36,923 nucleotides of DNA from Macrostomum lignano (GCA_002269645.1 NIVC01004728.1:1-36923); one strand, 5' to 3'; shown: positions 1-13,583, counted from the first letter of the stretch. Notes: a model not told the origin generated them from the letters alone. Numbers and translations: made by a program.

Positions 1-58
1 AATGCTAAAAATCATCTTTTGGTTTAGTCTGAAGCTTTGATGTGTGTCTCAATAGCAA

Positions 59-344
59 GGGGATTGTAGCCCAGTGGTCAGAGCGTCGGTCTCGCCACTT
101 TAAGGTGGGGCTCTATTCCCGATCTAACTGAAACAGTTTGTGTCCTTAAGCAAGACACTTAACTCTGCATTGCTTCAGTTCACCCAGCTGTAAAATGGGT
201 GCTAGCATTAGCTGGGGTAATTGAGGGTGTGTGTGGCGGCCCCCCAGTCCTTGGACTGAACAGCCGAACGCAGCCTTGAGATGCGCCGCGCAATAGCTGC
301 GGTTGAGCTGTCGGTTGCACATCTGGCCCGAATGGGGCAGATGC
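59..344 (+). mobile_element. tRNA-derived CORE-type SINE
   Basis: tRNA-like head with A-box TAGCCCAGTGG (67-77) and degenerate B-box GGCTCTATTCCC (109-120). 137-200 (tgtgtccttaagcaagacacttaac...cttcagtt...ctgtaaaatggg) resembles the MIR/CORE-SINE core. 3' tail has a catctg/cagatg stem. Confidence 0.75.
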
Positions 345-347
345 AAA

Positions 348-960
348 TCTCTACATATAAAAATCAAAACTCTGTCTGTCTGTGTGTGGACAATTTTGTT
401 CGCTATGGACTCACAAACCGCTCAACCAAATTACACCAAACTTTACACCCACCCTAAACTTACTACGGAGAATGTCTTAGGCTACCTTTTAATTTCCTAA
501 ATTTGAGTCTTCCTACCTAAAAGTGCAAAAAACTGCTCAAAATGCGCAATTTTTTCACTAAATCCTCCATAGCGCCGCTCCACTTCTACCGATTCTCTTC
601 AAATTTGACACAGATAATCTTAAACTATTTTGGCACAATCATGTAAAATTTCGAGTCTGAAAGTTAATCCTGAACGGCGCTGTGCACTTTTAAAGTTTGG
701 CTGTTTTTTTCAGCGAGGCAGCCACCCCAACCTCCGCCCGCCTGCCTCTCTTTCCCGATCTGGGCAAAGGGTGTGAGTAGGTTTTAAAATGCCTAACTTT
801 CGGCTGCCATAGTTTTGCTCCACGTAAAGCGATTGACTTCAAATTTGACACAATTCTTTATTGACTCATTCTCTGCCTACATGTAAAGTCTCAACTCTGT
901 ATCTCAATCAGGACAGAAACTGTAAGCATGTGAATTTTGTCTGCTTTTTCTGTTGTTTGT
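348..960 (+). mobile_element. Non-autonomous Helitron-like repeat, copy 1 (further homologous block at ~2795-2935)
   Basis: Starts A|TCTCTACATATAAAA followed by a ctgt microsatellite, typical of Helitron-like short elements. Several blocks align with the diverged second copy at 13759-13790 + 28048-28620. No clear hairpin-CTRR 3' end was found, so the class is inferred. Confidence 0.5.
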
Positions 961-1539
961 GCCTCTCACTCGCTCATTCCCCCAGCCCAGACGAAGGGTC
1001 AGGCGATAGGACTGAATGTACATAGCAAATGTACAGTGTTTTGGAATAACTTTTTAATAGCCTTCTCTGCACCCCGAGAATGGAGAGGCTACGTTTAGCC
1101 ATGACAGTTTAGTGAGAAATTCTAACCACTGCCTCCCTCTGTATTGGCAAACTCTGCAGCAGTTTAACAGAGGATGGCAATTGGCAAATCGAGGGAATCC
1201 AGCATAGTTTGTAAAAGCGAAAGATTTATGAAAAGGCGATGCGATGCAATGCAATACAACCCTACTAAATTAGGCACACCATGGAAATTTTAGGTTTCTT
1301 TTAAAGGTACTGTGTAAATATTAAATGGCCTTCTAAGAAATGCGTATTTCCTTGGTTGTTAGACTGATGCAGACTGCAGTGGAGCTGAAGATACACAAAT
1401 TCCTTTCAGGGCTGCAAATTGGCAAGAAAGATGACGTGATCAAAGCATGAGAACAACCATGAGAGTACTACGTCCCACAAACTGGCTTTCCAAGCAGGGA
1501 TGGACAGACTTTTACCTCAAAGGCCAGATAAAGAATCCA

Positions 1540-2630
<1,091 letters not shown>

Positions 2631-3359
2631 GAAATTTTAAAGGATCCAAGGGACGTAGGGAGAGTCAGTGAGAGACCAGAGTTTAGCAATATGTTTTAGA
2701 GTCAGACAGACATTGCCTGACATTCTGCGCAGTACCCCAGCCAACAATGTCTCAAACCCTAATTTTACACGAATGTGCTCCATTTTATGTCTACCTCTAT
2801 CCTACTAACTATTAACAAGTTTTTGTTTATATATGGCCTTACATTTCAGAATACATGCAAAAGTAGTTCCAGGTATTGGAATTCCCCGGGTTCAAAATCC
2901 GCGGTTTCAACAGCTTGTATCATATATACGCAAGATGGGCCACTCATTATTGTGGCCATAGAAGTCTATTTAAAAAATTTTGCAACTCGCGACAGCGAGA
3001 AAATCGACTACTGTACTCAATTTCGTCAGTAGTCTCTGTAGTGCATGCACCATTCTTACTTTGATTGAGTAGCTTTTTATTGAATTCATGAGAGGTTTTA
3101 TTCAATTCTCAAAAATAGCGTCTATGTCTTTAAGCTACTGAACTCAAACTTATAAGCAACCAATGTCGGCTTTTTCGCAAAACAGCGATCACTGCACTTC
3201 CCTATTGCCGCAATGCAAAGTGGCCTATCCAGGGAATATAAGATCTATGGGCAGATGTATTATTATTGTTACTATATTACTTAATAGCAAGTAAATAATT
3301 AGCAAATAGAGACAGCAGTGCGGTTAATAGGGCCGTCTTGGGGACCTCCTTTGACTCTT

Positions 3360-5460
3360 AAAACGGCGCGTACTGTTGGCAGAACAGGTTGCAGCCTTCT
3401 CTGGGATGGCTACTGTCCTGCGTTCCGGTCTTCAGTCTCTGGTGGGCATTTAGCGCAGCGTGCGGAAAAGATCGTTGTTGATGGTGAGCGAGCTCGACTG
3501 CCTCCTTTGCCAGGTTTTCCTCGTTCGACTTGAGCTCTGGGGATCCTGTGTTGGCGGCAGTCAGAATGCCACTGCAGATAGTGTCGTGAAGGTGGGCGAG
3601 CTGGACTCCGTTAGTTGGGTAGCTAGCTCGGCGGCTCTCTTTCTCGGTAGGCTCTTCATTCAAACCGCCCCAGTCGGCTTTCCGGAAGCACATCCTGGGT
3701 TGTCCAGCCTCCGACGATGCCTTGTAGCAGGTTGCTGCTGGTCCAGGTTTGGTCAGGTTTTGATTTGCCTCCTGTCGCTGGGTTCGTCCGCGTGTGGCTG
3801 TTGCCGTTGACAAGTCTCAGGTTGCGGGTGGCGGCCCATGCCTCCACCATTCTGCCGCGCTCTTCTTCGTCTTGGTGCCGGTCCCAGCTTCTGTGGGTGT
3901 TGAGTCGCCAGCGACGATGATGGGGCCTGCGGCGCTCAGGACCAAGTGGAGCGAGGGTTGCCAGATTTCACCGCGTTGGCTGCTAATCGGTGGTGCGTGA
4001 GAGACCAGGGTGACCGGTGCCTGTCCGTTGAGGTGGATAGTGACGGTGGCGCAGTCTAGGAGTTGGCGTTCGTCGTCCAGCTACGTCGTGTCAAACGCAA
4101 TGTCAGAGCGCACCAGGGTCAAGGCATTTCCTCTGGCGTGGGCTGCTTTTTGTTGGTCTTGGGTTTTCGGTGTTGGCGGTTTGGTGGTTGTTCCGGGTCA
4201 AATGGCAATTCCGGGTCTGCGGTCAGCCTCAGTTCCTGTTCCGGGAGGACTTGTTCCGGCGGGTGTGTGTCGCTGGCTATCCTCTGGCGTTGGGATGCGT
4301 GACGCGCTCCAATCTGGTGGGTCTGTGTCAACGGCTGCGCTAACTGCGGCCACGGCTCGTCTCTGCGGGCGCAGGCGGTCCTACCTGAGCGGCAGCCGCG
4401 GCACCACTCTAATTTTTCGGTTTTGTCCGCCGGCCAGCGAAGGCGACAGCGGGGATGCTTGATCTTGCGGCCGCAATTGGACCACATGCGGCGGGACCAG
4501 CAGCGGGGCCAGCAAATTGATTGGCAGAGCCCCCCGGCGTTCTCGGTGTCAAGCCCGGGTGCTGGCGGTCTCTTTTGATAGGCCATTGTCACGGAGTTTT
4601 GTCGTGGTGAAGAAATACTAGTTGAGACAACACGGCGGTTTGTAGCGGTAGCACTGGCAATATAGCAGCAACAAGTTGGCCGGAGGCTTGTTTATTTGAG
4701 TAGTAGTCAGATTGACACAAAGGTTAACAGTTTCAATATAGTGGACTACTGTACTGGGCACTGGCGGCAGCGCAACAATAAGTTGAGATAAGTTGAAGGC
4801 GGTTGAGCACGTTGAAGGTGATCCCAAGTGGCGAATGATGGCAGTGAGCAAACAGTGCGGTGGCACTAGGAGAATAGACAGGCAATGGAAAGGCGTAAAC
4901 AGGTCTGGCTGGCGAGTCGGGCCCAGACAGGGTGGGCCGTGGCGAGCGATAAGGAGAGAGAAGGAAAACGAGAGTCCACGAGAGAGAGGAGAGGCCACAA
5001 GGGGGAGGAGCAGGAGGAACGCAAAAGTGAAGTCCCCCCAGCCCGCCGCCAGGCGGGGGTTAATAAAGAGCGCAGAAGGGTTAGCATAATACACGCGGAG
5101 AGTTTTCATTGGCTGGCGGGGAAAAAAACAAGAACTTGAAATTATCGATCGTGCTAGATTTTACAGGCGAACGCAAGGTCTATCAAATACACAGTGAATT
5201 AGCGATTGATACATATTAGTTGCACGCTACTACAAGTAAACGTGAGAATAAACTATTGGATAATTTTAACCGAGAAATTGTAGTGAAATTGCAGTCCAAC
5301 GGCCCTTTTGCGGGACCACTTTAAACCAGCAACGTCACAGCCATCGCACCGCGCGGCGAAACAGTAGCAGCACGGCAGCCGGGCGACTGGCATGGAGCCA
5401 TTTGGTCAGCTCAGTACGACGGGCCCGAAAGCCGGTACAGTTGAGCTGTAGGATGAGCTC
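3360..5460 (-). mobile_element. Degenerate non-LTR retrotransposon (LINE) fragment: APE endonuclease plus linker, no RT
   Basis: Minus-strand frameshifted translation gives APE motifs: LILQLNCTG...ELTKWL...PAAVLL (5460-5365), GPIIVAGD-x-N (~3900), NGNSHTR, SKPDQT, and post-endonuclease RKADW (3684-3670). Interrupted by the solo LTR. Confidence 0.8.
4587..5339. mobile_element. Solo LTR (753 bp)
   Basis: TGTCACG...CGTCACA termini; 5-bp target-site duplication GCCAT at 4582-4586 and 5340-5344. Confidence 0.85.
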
Positions 5461-5767
5461 TGGGCCTGGCTCCGCGACGGTTTTTAGGCGGCCGGGGAAG
5501 CCGCAACCGCTCCGCACGCGAAGGACTTGGTTGGTGGGCAAGAGCTCAGCATCTAGTTGGTCGGTTGAGAATAGATGCAGTTGCTGAGGCTCGGTCTCTT
5601 TTACGTGTCCACACAGTTTTGGCTCTCTCGCTCCAGTCGGAGCATCGCTGGGTGGGAAAGCCACAGCTGGCTAATTGTAGCTCATTACGGCTTAGAAAAT
5701 AAAGCATTGACAGAGAGCTAGCTTGGAACGGAAGTTCACTCATTTAAAGATGGGTCGACTTTTTTAG

Positions 5768-6066
5768 ACGCTCTCTTGACCAATCGGAGTGGAGCAACCA
5801 CCTGTACTCTATACTCTCTTAATTTTTGGATTTTAATGCAACATGACCTTGAAATATTCAGTTGCTGATGACCTACAAGATTTTCTTCAAAAAAAGATGG
5901 CTCCCAGACAAATGCTTTGTTATTTGGTAGCTTCTCCGAGGGCCGGGGCACAGCCGATTACACCGGATGAACGAACAGACATTGATTCTGATGTTGATGT
6001 TCGAACCAATCAAACACGCTGCACGAGTGCTGCAACGGACGCATTTCAGAAGCATGTCGTGGTTTG
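5768..6066 (+). pseudogene. cGLR/Mab-21 pseudogene, copy of the catalytic exon
   Basis: Acceptor ttttag and donor gtaaa at positions matching exon 2 of the downstream gene. Translated remnants DQSEWSNHLYSILS*, ADDLQDFLQKK, GSFSEGRG, DERTDIDSDVDV and HECCNG align with DDTELSRQLYLALSQ, ADVLQEILRKR, GSFSEGWG, DGRTDIASDIDV and HEYSNG. Contains stops and indels. Confidence 0.85.
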
Positions 6067-6257
6067 GTAAAAAAGTTTTTTTTCAAAGAACCGCTGAAAG
6101 TATAGAAGGCAATTGCTGCGCAATAGCATTTTTTATTGCAATGCAACTGATATTCTGAAGAATAGATTTTTTATATTGTACATTGTATACTTAATACTTA
6201 CGAGTAATATGAAATCAAGCAGCTTGAGTATATCTTCAAACATTTTCATATTTGCCA

Positions 6258-6364
6258 CGCATTCATCACACAGTTACTTTGAATCGCATTCTTCACACAG
6301 TTACTTTGCAATTTGCATCGCATTCATCACACAGTTACTTTGCAATTTGCATCGCATTCATCAC
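6258..6364 (+). repeat. Short tandem repeat, ~34-bp unit, about 3.4 copies
   Basis: cgcattcatcacacagttactttgcaatttgcat repeated in the pseudo-intron just before the acceptor. Confidence 0.9.
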
Positions 6365-6371
6365 ATTCCAG

Positions 6372-7075
6372 AGTTGAATCCAGCCGGCTCATTTCCGCGG
6401 CTAGGCCATCAGACCAAACTTTGGACGAAGTTTCGGCGCACGGCCTCTGTTGCTACTCTCAGATCGCGCCACTGATACCTATAGCCGAGTCTCCAACTCC
6501 CCCAGCCTGCCGCAGCCGCATGCCCACTGCTCACGATGAAAGCCTGTTTGAAGCAAGTCATAAATCCGGGTGTCTTTCCGGTTGCTTCTACTGCCCATGC
6601 TGCCCGGTCTCTACAGCCCAACTGTTTCGAAAGCGATTTATGGCATAATTTTAGCATCGATCGTTTGTCTGTCCGCTAGCGGCTCTGGTCCAATGTGCCG
6701 GGATTCTCTTGGGGAGATGATTGAAAAATTTCCAGACTGTCCCTCAGAGCTCTGGCTTGTCTTAAGTTTGGTGACAATGTAGCTGATAAGACAGTTTTGA
6801 GCAAACTTGAGGGTCTCAAAGCAACTGCAGAGGCATCCAATGGCCTGCCCGAGAGGTCAGGGAGGGAGGCGATCGTGGAGGTTGTGCGGCAGCACATGAG
6901 GAAGAAAGACTGGCTGATTGTAGACGGATTTCCTCTTCAAGCCAAGTAGCCACTCTGCTGAATTCTAGAATGCGTACTTTGCTTTTCAAGTACTTTAGCG
7001 ACTGCGAGCGACCAACCCCAACCAAGTACGATATTTACCGCGTACATTTCTGAACCGCTTTTATTTGAAGTACAA
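6372..7075 (+). pseudogene. cGLR/Mab-21 pseudogene, copy of the last exon with a large internal deletion
   Basis: Same attccag acceptor as 10693. DEVSAHGLCCYSQIAPL matches DDVTAGRVCRYPPIAPI; IYGIILASIVCLS...SLGEMIEKFPDC matches IYDVVRECVAKLS...SLIKLIARLPDC without gaps; ALACLKFGD matches TLACLKFGD; RQHMRKKD matches WRHLRSRD. The Mab-21 core in between is missing. 3' limit approximate. Confidence 0.8.
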
Positions 7076-7659
7076 GGACCGACCGTTTGGCTATGGGGAA
7101 GCAAAACAGTCGCATAATCACATGATATCGTACTTATTGAAATGTTTTGTCAGATCAGAGCAAAGATTTCCTCCTGTGCACAGCTAAACACCGAGTGCAG
7201 CCAACAGTCTTAGCGAACCGGACGGCTTCATAACAAAACAAGTCTACACGCAGTTCAGTTTTTGTTCCTGTCTTTTGGGTAGTTGAAGCATGCTTTAACT
7301 GCCTTTAATGACAGCGTGCCGCCTCCTGCAGCCCCTCTTTTATTTTTGTAAATTGTGTATTTTACCCTTGTGCGTTCCACTCTTGAATGTACAGTGCGCT
7401 CCCTATTTTGTGCAATTTCATACAAAGCCTTGTCTCGCCTCTCAGTGCAACTAGTTTTTTTCGCAGCCTTACCATTTTTGTTCAAGCTGCTTTGCCAACA
7501 GTTTTTATCGCTTTTAATCGCCTAAACGCCCGGTATCGAGTTAAATGCGTGGACTGCTTCATTATGGCTACTTTTCGCATTAGCGCCACCCTTTCCTGTC
7601 TTCGCCTTCCTGCTTAGGACATTAATAGAGCAGAAACCTGCTTTTTTGTCCTGGTCAGC

Positions 7660-10600
7660 ATGAGCTCTGTTTGGAGAATTTTGCAAACTATTGCAACTTT
7701 TCTGATGCAGGCCTTTGAACTATCTGATAAGGAAGGCTTAGACTCCGAGGTGAGTGATCAAGCTGTCATTGAGGCGGTGACGGCGGACGACGCAGATCTT
7801 ACCTACAGGTACCTACAGCGCAGGCCAGCATTGGTGGGTATATTAGTTCCGATGGACGACAAATTGTTATCCCCACCTCACCTGGCCTGCAGACTGGGCA
7901 GGCGAAATGTGCTAGAGATATTCTTGGCAGCCAAAATTGACATCAACCTGGAAACAAAAACCGGCGAGTCGCTTCTTTACATCGCGTCGCAAAACGGGCA
8001 CCAACATGTTGTTGATCTACTTATTAAGGCTCAAGCCGATGTCAACCTTCAAGAGTTCGAAGGATGCACTCCAATCTACATTGCATCACAGAATGGTCAC
8101 AGTAAAGTTGTTGACCTACTCATCAAAGCTCATGCCGATGTCGATCTTCAAGAGACTGTTCATTTCACCTCACCTCTCTACATTGCATCACAGAATGGTC
8201 ATCTTAAAGTTGTGAACTCACTTATTAAAGCTCAAGCCGATGTGGATATTCAAGACACTGAAGACTGCTCACCGCTCTATATCGCAGCGCACAACGATCA
8301 CCCCGAAGTCGTGCACGCACTAGTTGAAGCGCAAGCCAACGTTGACATTCAGGAAATGGACAAAATGACTCCACTTTACATTGCATCTGAGAATGGTCAT
8401 CGGAAAGTCGTGGAGTTGCTCATCAACGCAAAAGCCAACGTCAATCTCCAAGAGATTGAAGGATGCTCACCCCTGTATATCGCGTCACAAAATGGTCATT
8501 TTCGAATTGTAGACTGGCTTATTCAAGCGAATGCCAATGTCGATGTTTCAAAAGCGGATGGGATGTCACCTATCTTTATTTCATCGCAAAACTGTCATTA
8601 TAGAATAGTCGAATTGCTCATTAAATCCCAAGCTGATGTTAATCTTCAAGAGGTTGATGGATGCTCACCTCTCTACATTGCATCGCAGAATGGTCATCGT
8701 CAAATTGTTGACCTGCTTATCAAAGCTCAAGCCGACGTCAATCTTCAAAGGAACACTGGATCTTCGCCTCTCTACATTGCATCGCAAAACAACCATCTCC
8801 AAGTTGTTGCCCTGCTTATCAAAGCACAAGCGAGAGTCAATCTCCAAAGAAGCACGGGCGAGTCACCTCTTTACATTGCATCTCAGAATGGACACATTCA
8901 AGTGGTTGATGCCCTTATAAAAGCGCAGGCTGATGTCAATCTACAAACAAGAAATGGCTCCACATCTCTTCACATATCGTCTCAAGAAGGTCACTTGACG
9001 GTAGTGAAGGCGCTCATTAGAGCACAGGCTGACGTAAATCGTTCAAAAACCTCGGAGAGACACCCATCAAAATCGCCTCGGAGGCTGGGCACCTCAATGT
9101 GGTAAACATGCTCATAAAAGCGCATGCAGACGTCAATGCTTCAGGATATGCTGGCTCTACGCCTCTCGACATTGCCTCTCAGAATGGCCATCAAGAAGTG
9201 GTGGCCTCACTGATTAAAGCGCAGGCCAATGTAGATCTCCAAAGACACACAGGAGTCACACCACTCTACACAGCCTCACAGAGAGGTCACCCGCAAATAG
9301 TGGACATGCTCATTAAAGCAGGAGCTGACGTTAATCTCCAAGAAAAAGTACAAGGCCCATCACCTCTCTATATTGCGTCACAAAACGGTTGCCAGACGAT
9401 CGTTGACTCGCTCATCAAAGCACAAGCGGACGTGAACCTTCGCGAATTCGATGGGTGCTCCCCTCTCTACATTGCATCACAGAACGGTCATCTGCCTATC
9501 GTAGACTCACTCATCAAAGCCCAAGCCGATGTCAATCTTCAAAGAAGCGATGGAATGTCGCCTCTCGACATTGCATTCCACACCGGGCGCATTCAAGTCG
9601 CGAATTTGCTAGTCAGCGCGTTAGCCGACGTCCATCTGCGACAATCAATGGAAAGTGGCAAATAGAAACTGCAACCAACGCGCCAAAGGCTTCAGATTCC
9701 ATAGACATGCTATTCGACTTAAGCTTGAGCGAAGAAGAGGACGAAACTGTTCCCAGCCTAGAGACGGATTCTGAGTCTGATTGCTCGTGAGATATTGCAA
9801 TATTTTCTTTAATAAAAGCTTTTCAACTCAATTCCTGAAACTTTTGAAACTGTTACGTTTTACTGGGACTTGATAGAATAAAACAGTTTCAAAAATACTT
9901 TAGTAGAAATTTTGAATTTTAGGCCCCTAAATAAAATGAATATGAACACTGATTTACATATTTTAGAACACCTCCAGACGACACAGAGCTAAGCCGGCAA
10001 CTGTACCTGGCACTCTCTCAGGCAGGATTCGTAAACTCGAGAGCTGCGCTGCAGAGTGCAGCAGCCGATGTTTTGCAAGAAATCTTAAGAAAGAGGCTTG
10101 AGAATGAAGACCAGTTTGTAGTCGGCAGCTTCTCCGAAGGCTGGGGCAACAGTCTGAAGACACTCGACGGTCGAACTGACATCGCGTCCGATATTGACGT
10201 GCTAAGTTTGACTCAGGGCCGCATGTACCACCTGAAAGGCATCTGTGAGTGCGCGGAAGAAGAAACATTGCTTCATGAGTACAGTAACGGCCACATTGTG
10301 TGTTCCGGCTTCGGTAAGAGTTTCTCTGAGATTGGTATTTGTTGTGTCTTCTGTTTTTTGTGACAAATCAAAGGAACGAGTCTGGAACTTAAAATGTTAA
10401 ATTAACCAGCCGATCCTCGGCTTTTGTTTTTTTTTTATTTCTGCAAGCCTAGCTTGCTCTCGTTACGCGTAGATTGCTAAGGCGTACGGTGCGCTTGGAA
10501 GCAAATCATTTTGTTTATGGTTCGGCTTGGCTTATACCTTATAGCCACAGCAGTATTGTAATACGAGCGTATTATGCCTGTAGTTCCGGTAATCAACTTT

Positions 10601-12147
10601 TTCGGTATACCTCTTGAATCTAGATAATATTATTGCTAATACAGATTCCATGTAATAATTGACTCACAATTGTTTTTCGCAAATCCATTCCAGCTTCCAA
10701 CCCAGCTCATGCGTATTCCGGAGCCACTCTGAGACCAGCAATTGACGATGTGACGGCTGGCCGGGTCTGCCGGTACCCGCCCATTGCGCCAATCCAGACG
10801 GACAGAGTCTCCAATTCCAACATTCCCTTGTCAATACTACAGGCGCTTCAAAATGACATCAACTCTGCCTCATCTCCCTGCCATGCTGTGCATGCAGCAT
10901 CTCCAGGTCGAGGAGGTCAAGAACTCCGTGTTAGCACTAACTTTCTGGAGAAGAGAATGCAGCGATGTCTCACCACCCTGCAAGGACAGCTGTTTGTCAC
11001 GCTGAAGTATCTAGTGAAAAAGGTTATATGTCACAGTGATGCATTTAACATACAAGGTTTGAAGCCGTACCACGTAAAGACCATCACTTTCCGAATGCTG
11101 GAGGAGACGCCGGTCGACCAGTGGAAGCCAGAGAATCTTGTGCATCTGACGAGGAGATCACTGCAGATGCTGCTTGACAGCGTCCAGAACAGTCGAGCTC
11201 CAGAAAATATTCATGGCCGGATCATGGAGCATTTCTTCCTGAAGGATGCCGCCCTGTACCTCAAAGGCGCAGTTCAGAGAGACGGCAGTATGTACCAGAC
11301 TCTAGGCGACATCGCAAACACACTGGAAACGGTGATTCATCAGCTGCCTCAGCTGTTGCAGCAGTTCAGCCGTGCTCTGAGGCCCGTGAGTGACTCGGGA
11401 ATTTTCTTCTTTCACCCGTTCCAAATCCTACCGGATATGAGAGAGGCTGCCTTGCCGAATTCAGACGTCATCGAGTATTATGAGATCTACGATGTGGTGA
11501 GGGAATGTGTGGCAAAACTCTCCTTCACCAGCTACAGCATTCAATCTCAATATTCTTTAATAAAACTGATTGCCCGGCTGCCAGACTGCGCCTGCTCAGC
11601 ACGGGATGCCTTGAGAACTTTAGCCTGCTTAAAGTTCGGTGACCGAGAAGCTGCTGAGACAACTGTGCTTCGCAGTAGTGGCCACCAGGTGTGCAGGGGC
11701 ATTTCATGGCCAGCTGAAAAGTCGTCTACCGAGGCCTCTGAAGAGTTCGTCTGGCGGCATCTGCGAAGCCGGGACTCCGCGTGGAAGTTCTGCTTTTACT
11801 ATGAAAAGCAACCGGAATTTCGGTTTCTGAAAGGAGATCTGACCGACATCTTTCCGGTTCGCCTGGACAATTACGCTGTGTACTATTACATTAACTTTGA
11901 CGCCCTGCTTTGGGCTCTGCGGTTTGAGCTACTGGCAGACAGGGACTCCAGCGGCCAGGACTGGATTCGAGACGTGGCCGACCGCGAAGACGCAGACGAG
12001 CAGGAGCTTCGAGTGGCCGCCACCTACTCTGCCTGTCGCTGGCGGAGAAATCTTCTGCTGAAGAGACTGGCAGGCTCTGTATCCCCTAGCCAGCAGAATG
12101 TGCTCAAGAAGCAGCAGGTTGAGCGGAAGAGCAGGAAAGGGAAGTAG
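7660..12147 (+). CDS. Ankyrin-repeat (about 18) + Mab-21/cGAS-like receptor (cGLR) fusion, ~1309 aa; exons 7660-9786, 9967-10313, 10694-12147
   Basis: Repeated GxSPLYIASQNGH ankyrin motifs. Phase-compatible GT-AG introns at 9787-9966 and 10314-10693. NTase motif VGSFSEG...SDID in exon 2; Mab-21 motifs CHAV, ELRVSTNFLEK, LKYLVK, YHVKT, HFF in exon 3. AATAAA at 12405-12410. Needs two 1-bp insertions (A-runs at ~9045-9049 and ~9660-9662) to be contiguous. Start codon uncertain because a possible acceptor lies at 7710. Confidence 0.85.
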
Positions 12148-13583
12148 TTTTGGAATTACTCTACTAATGAAAAAGATTTCAAAGCTATTGCCCGTTATTG
12201 TCTTCATGCGCTATTTTGGCTGTGCAATAAGTACGAGTACTCAAATTATTGCTACAGACTCAAATCCATTTCTTGTCTCTCCGCTCTGCCACTCCGCGCC
12301 CTTTACATCAGAGCCACTATAGCTATGCCTAGCGTCTGTCTGTCTGACTGCTGTCTTCAAAAACAACATTTCGTATACCAAAGTACGTGTTAGCCATCAT
12401 TTTTAATAAACCACCGAGCTACTTATTAATTATACATGCCAAAAGCATTGGAAACGGAACTGGAATGTCATATATGCGTGAAGCAGCAAATAATTAACAA
12501 CAGATAGCACGGCTGGCACGTCTCATATGGTAAAAAACACAATACATTAACATAACATTCCAATATCAATGAAGTTATTGTCTAGCACTGTTTTTAACAA
12601 TGTTTCTACGAAATCTGTTCCGTGATAATACACCTTTTGCAAGCTTTGTTACCTGGACTCTCATGTTGAATTACAATTTTAAAATTACTAGCTTGTATTA
12701 TTGTTATTGAAATTATTACATTGCATTCGACTGCAGTTGGGCAAGACTCAAGAGTTCCATTGTTATATTTTCAATGTATTTGTGTCTACATGTAGCTATA
12801 ATACAGACATTGCTTTAAAGACGCTACTTTTTGCTGTAAGTAAGTGAATTCTATGAAGAATTCTAGAATGCTAGAATTTACTAGTTGTATGATTTTTAGC
12901 AAGTCTGCAACATTCTCCCAATTAATACCTCGTATATTGTGGTCTTTAAGACACCGTGCGCACTCTTCATCAACGCACTTGCTGTTCTTCGCTGGCATTT
13001 AACTCTAATAAACCAATAATTAATTAAGGCTTGCAATGCTGACAGAATTCCTCCCGCAGAAATGATTTGGACATGTCTGGGACGCTTTTTACTGCACTGC
13101 TGTGTGCAATCATAAATTTATTATTAAATATCAAAGTTAAATATTTGGATACCACAGTAGTCCTTGAAATATCGAACGAGCATAAAAAGATGCTTGGAAA
13201 AGACGGAATAAATAACAAGCCGAATTGGCCAAAAAAAAAGATTGAGTTTCTTTTACTGTACTTACTGTTACGAGTACTGTAAGAAAGCTTTACAAAAATC
13301 CATAGAGCCATTGGCTTCCAGAAAATACCAATTTTTAAATGGGAAAGATGCCAAGCTCAGTCTCTATCTGCGTAGTGTCTTGCATGAAGCTCTAATTTTC
13401 TAAAAAAAGCATGTGGCCTCACGTCTTTACTGGAAGCCACCTGAGTCGTACTTGTTCTCGGATGGCTTTCAATGGAATCTCGAGATTAAATGACTGAAGC
13501 TGTATATAAATGGTATTTTTTAAGTGAATTTCGTCTAAAGTTGCATTATTTACTGAAGAGCTTCAGTCATCGCCTTCGTTGAA

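Noticed and set aside
3006-3034. GACTACTG/CAGTAGTC hairpin as Helitron 3' end
   Set aside because: No CTRR terminus at the expected distance and no equivalent seen in copy 2.
4236-5364. CTGTTCCG / CGAAACAG as TIRs of an insert in the LINE
   Set aside because: Only 8 bp with a mismatch and no TSD.
9040-9665. Programmed frameshifting in the ankyrin-cGLR gene
   Set aside because: No XXXYYYZ heptamer in frame; single-base loss in A-runs is simpler.
12786-13311. Possible hAT transposase remnant (INWENVADLLKII; IAHSSAVK)
   Set aside because: Resemblance too weak in AT-rich sequence; no catalytic motifs or TIRs.
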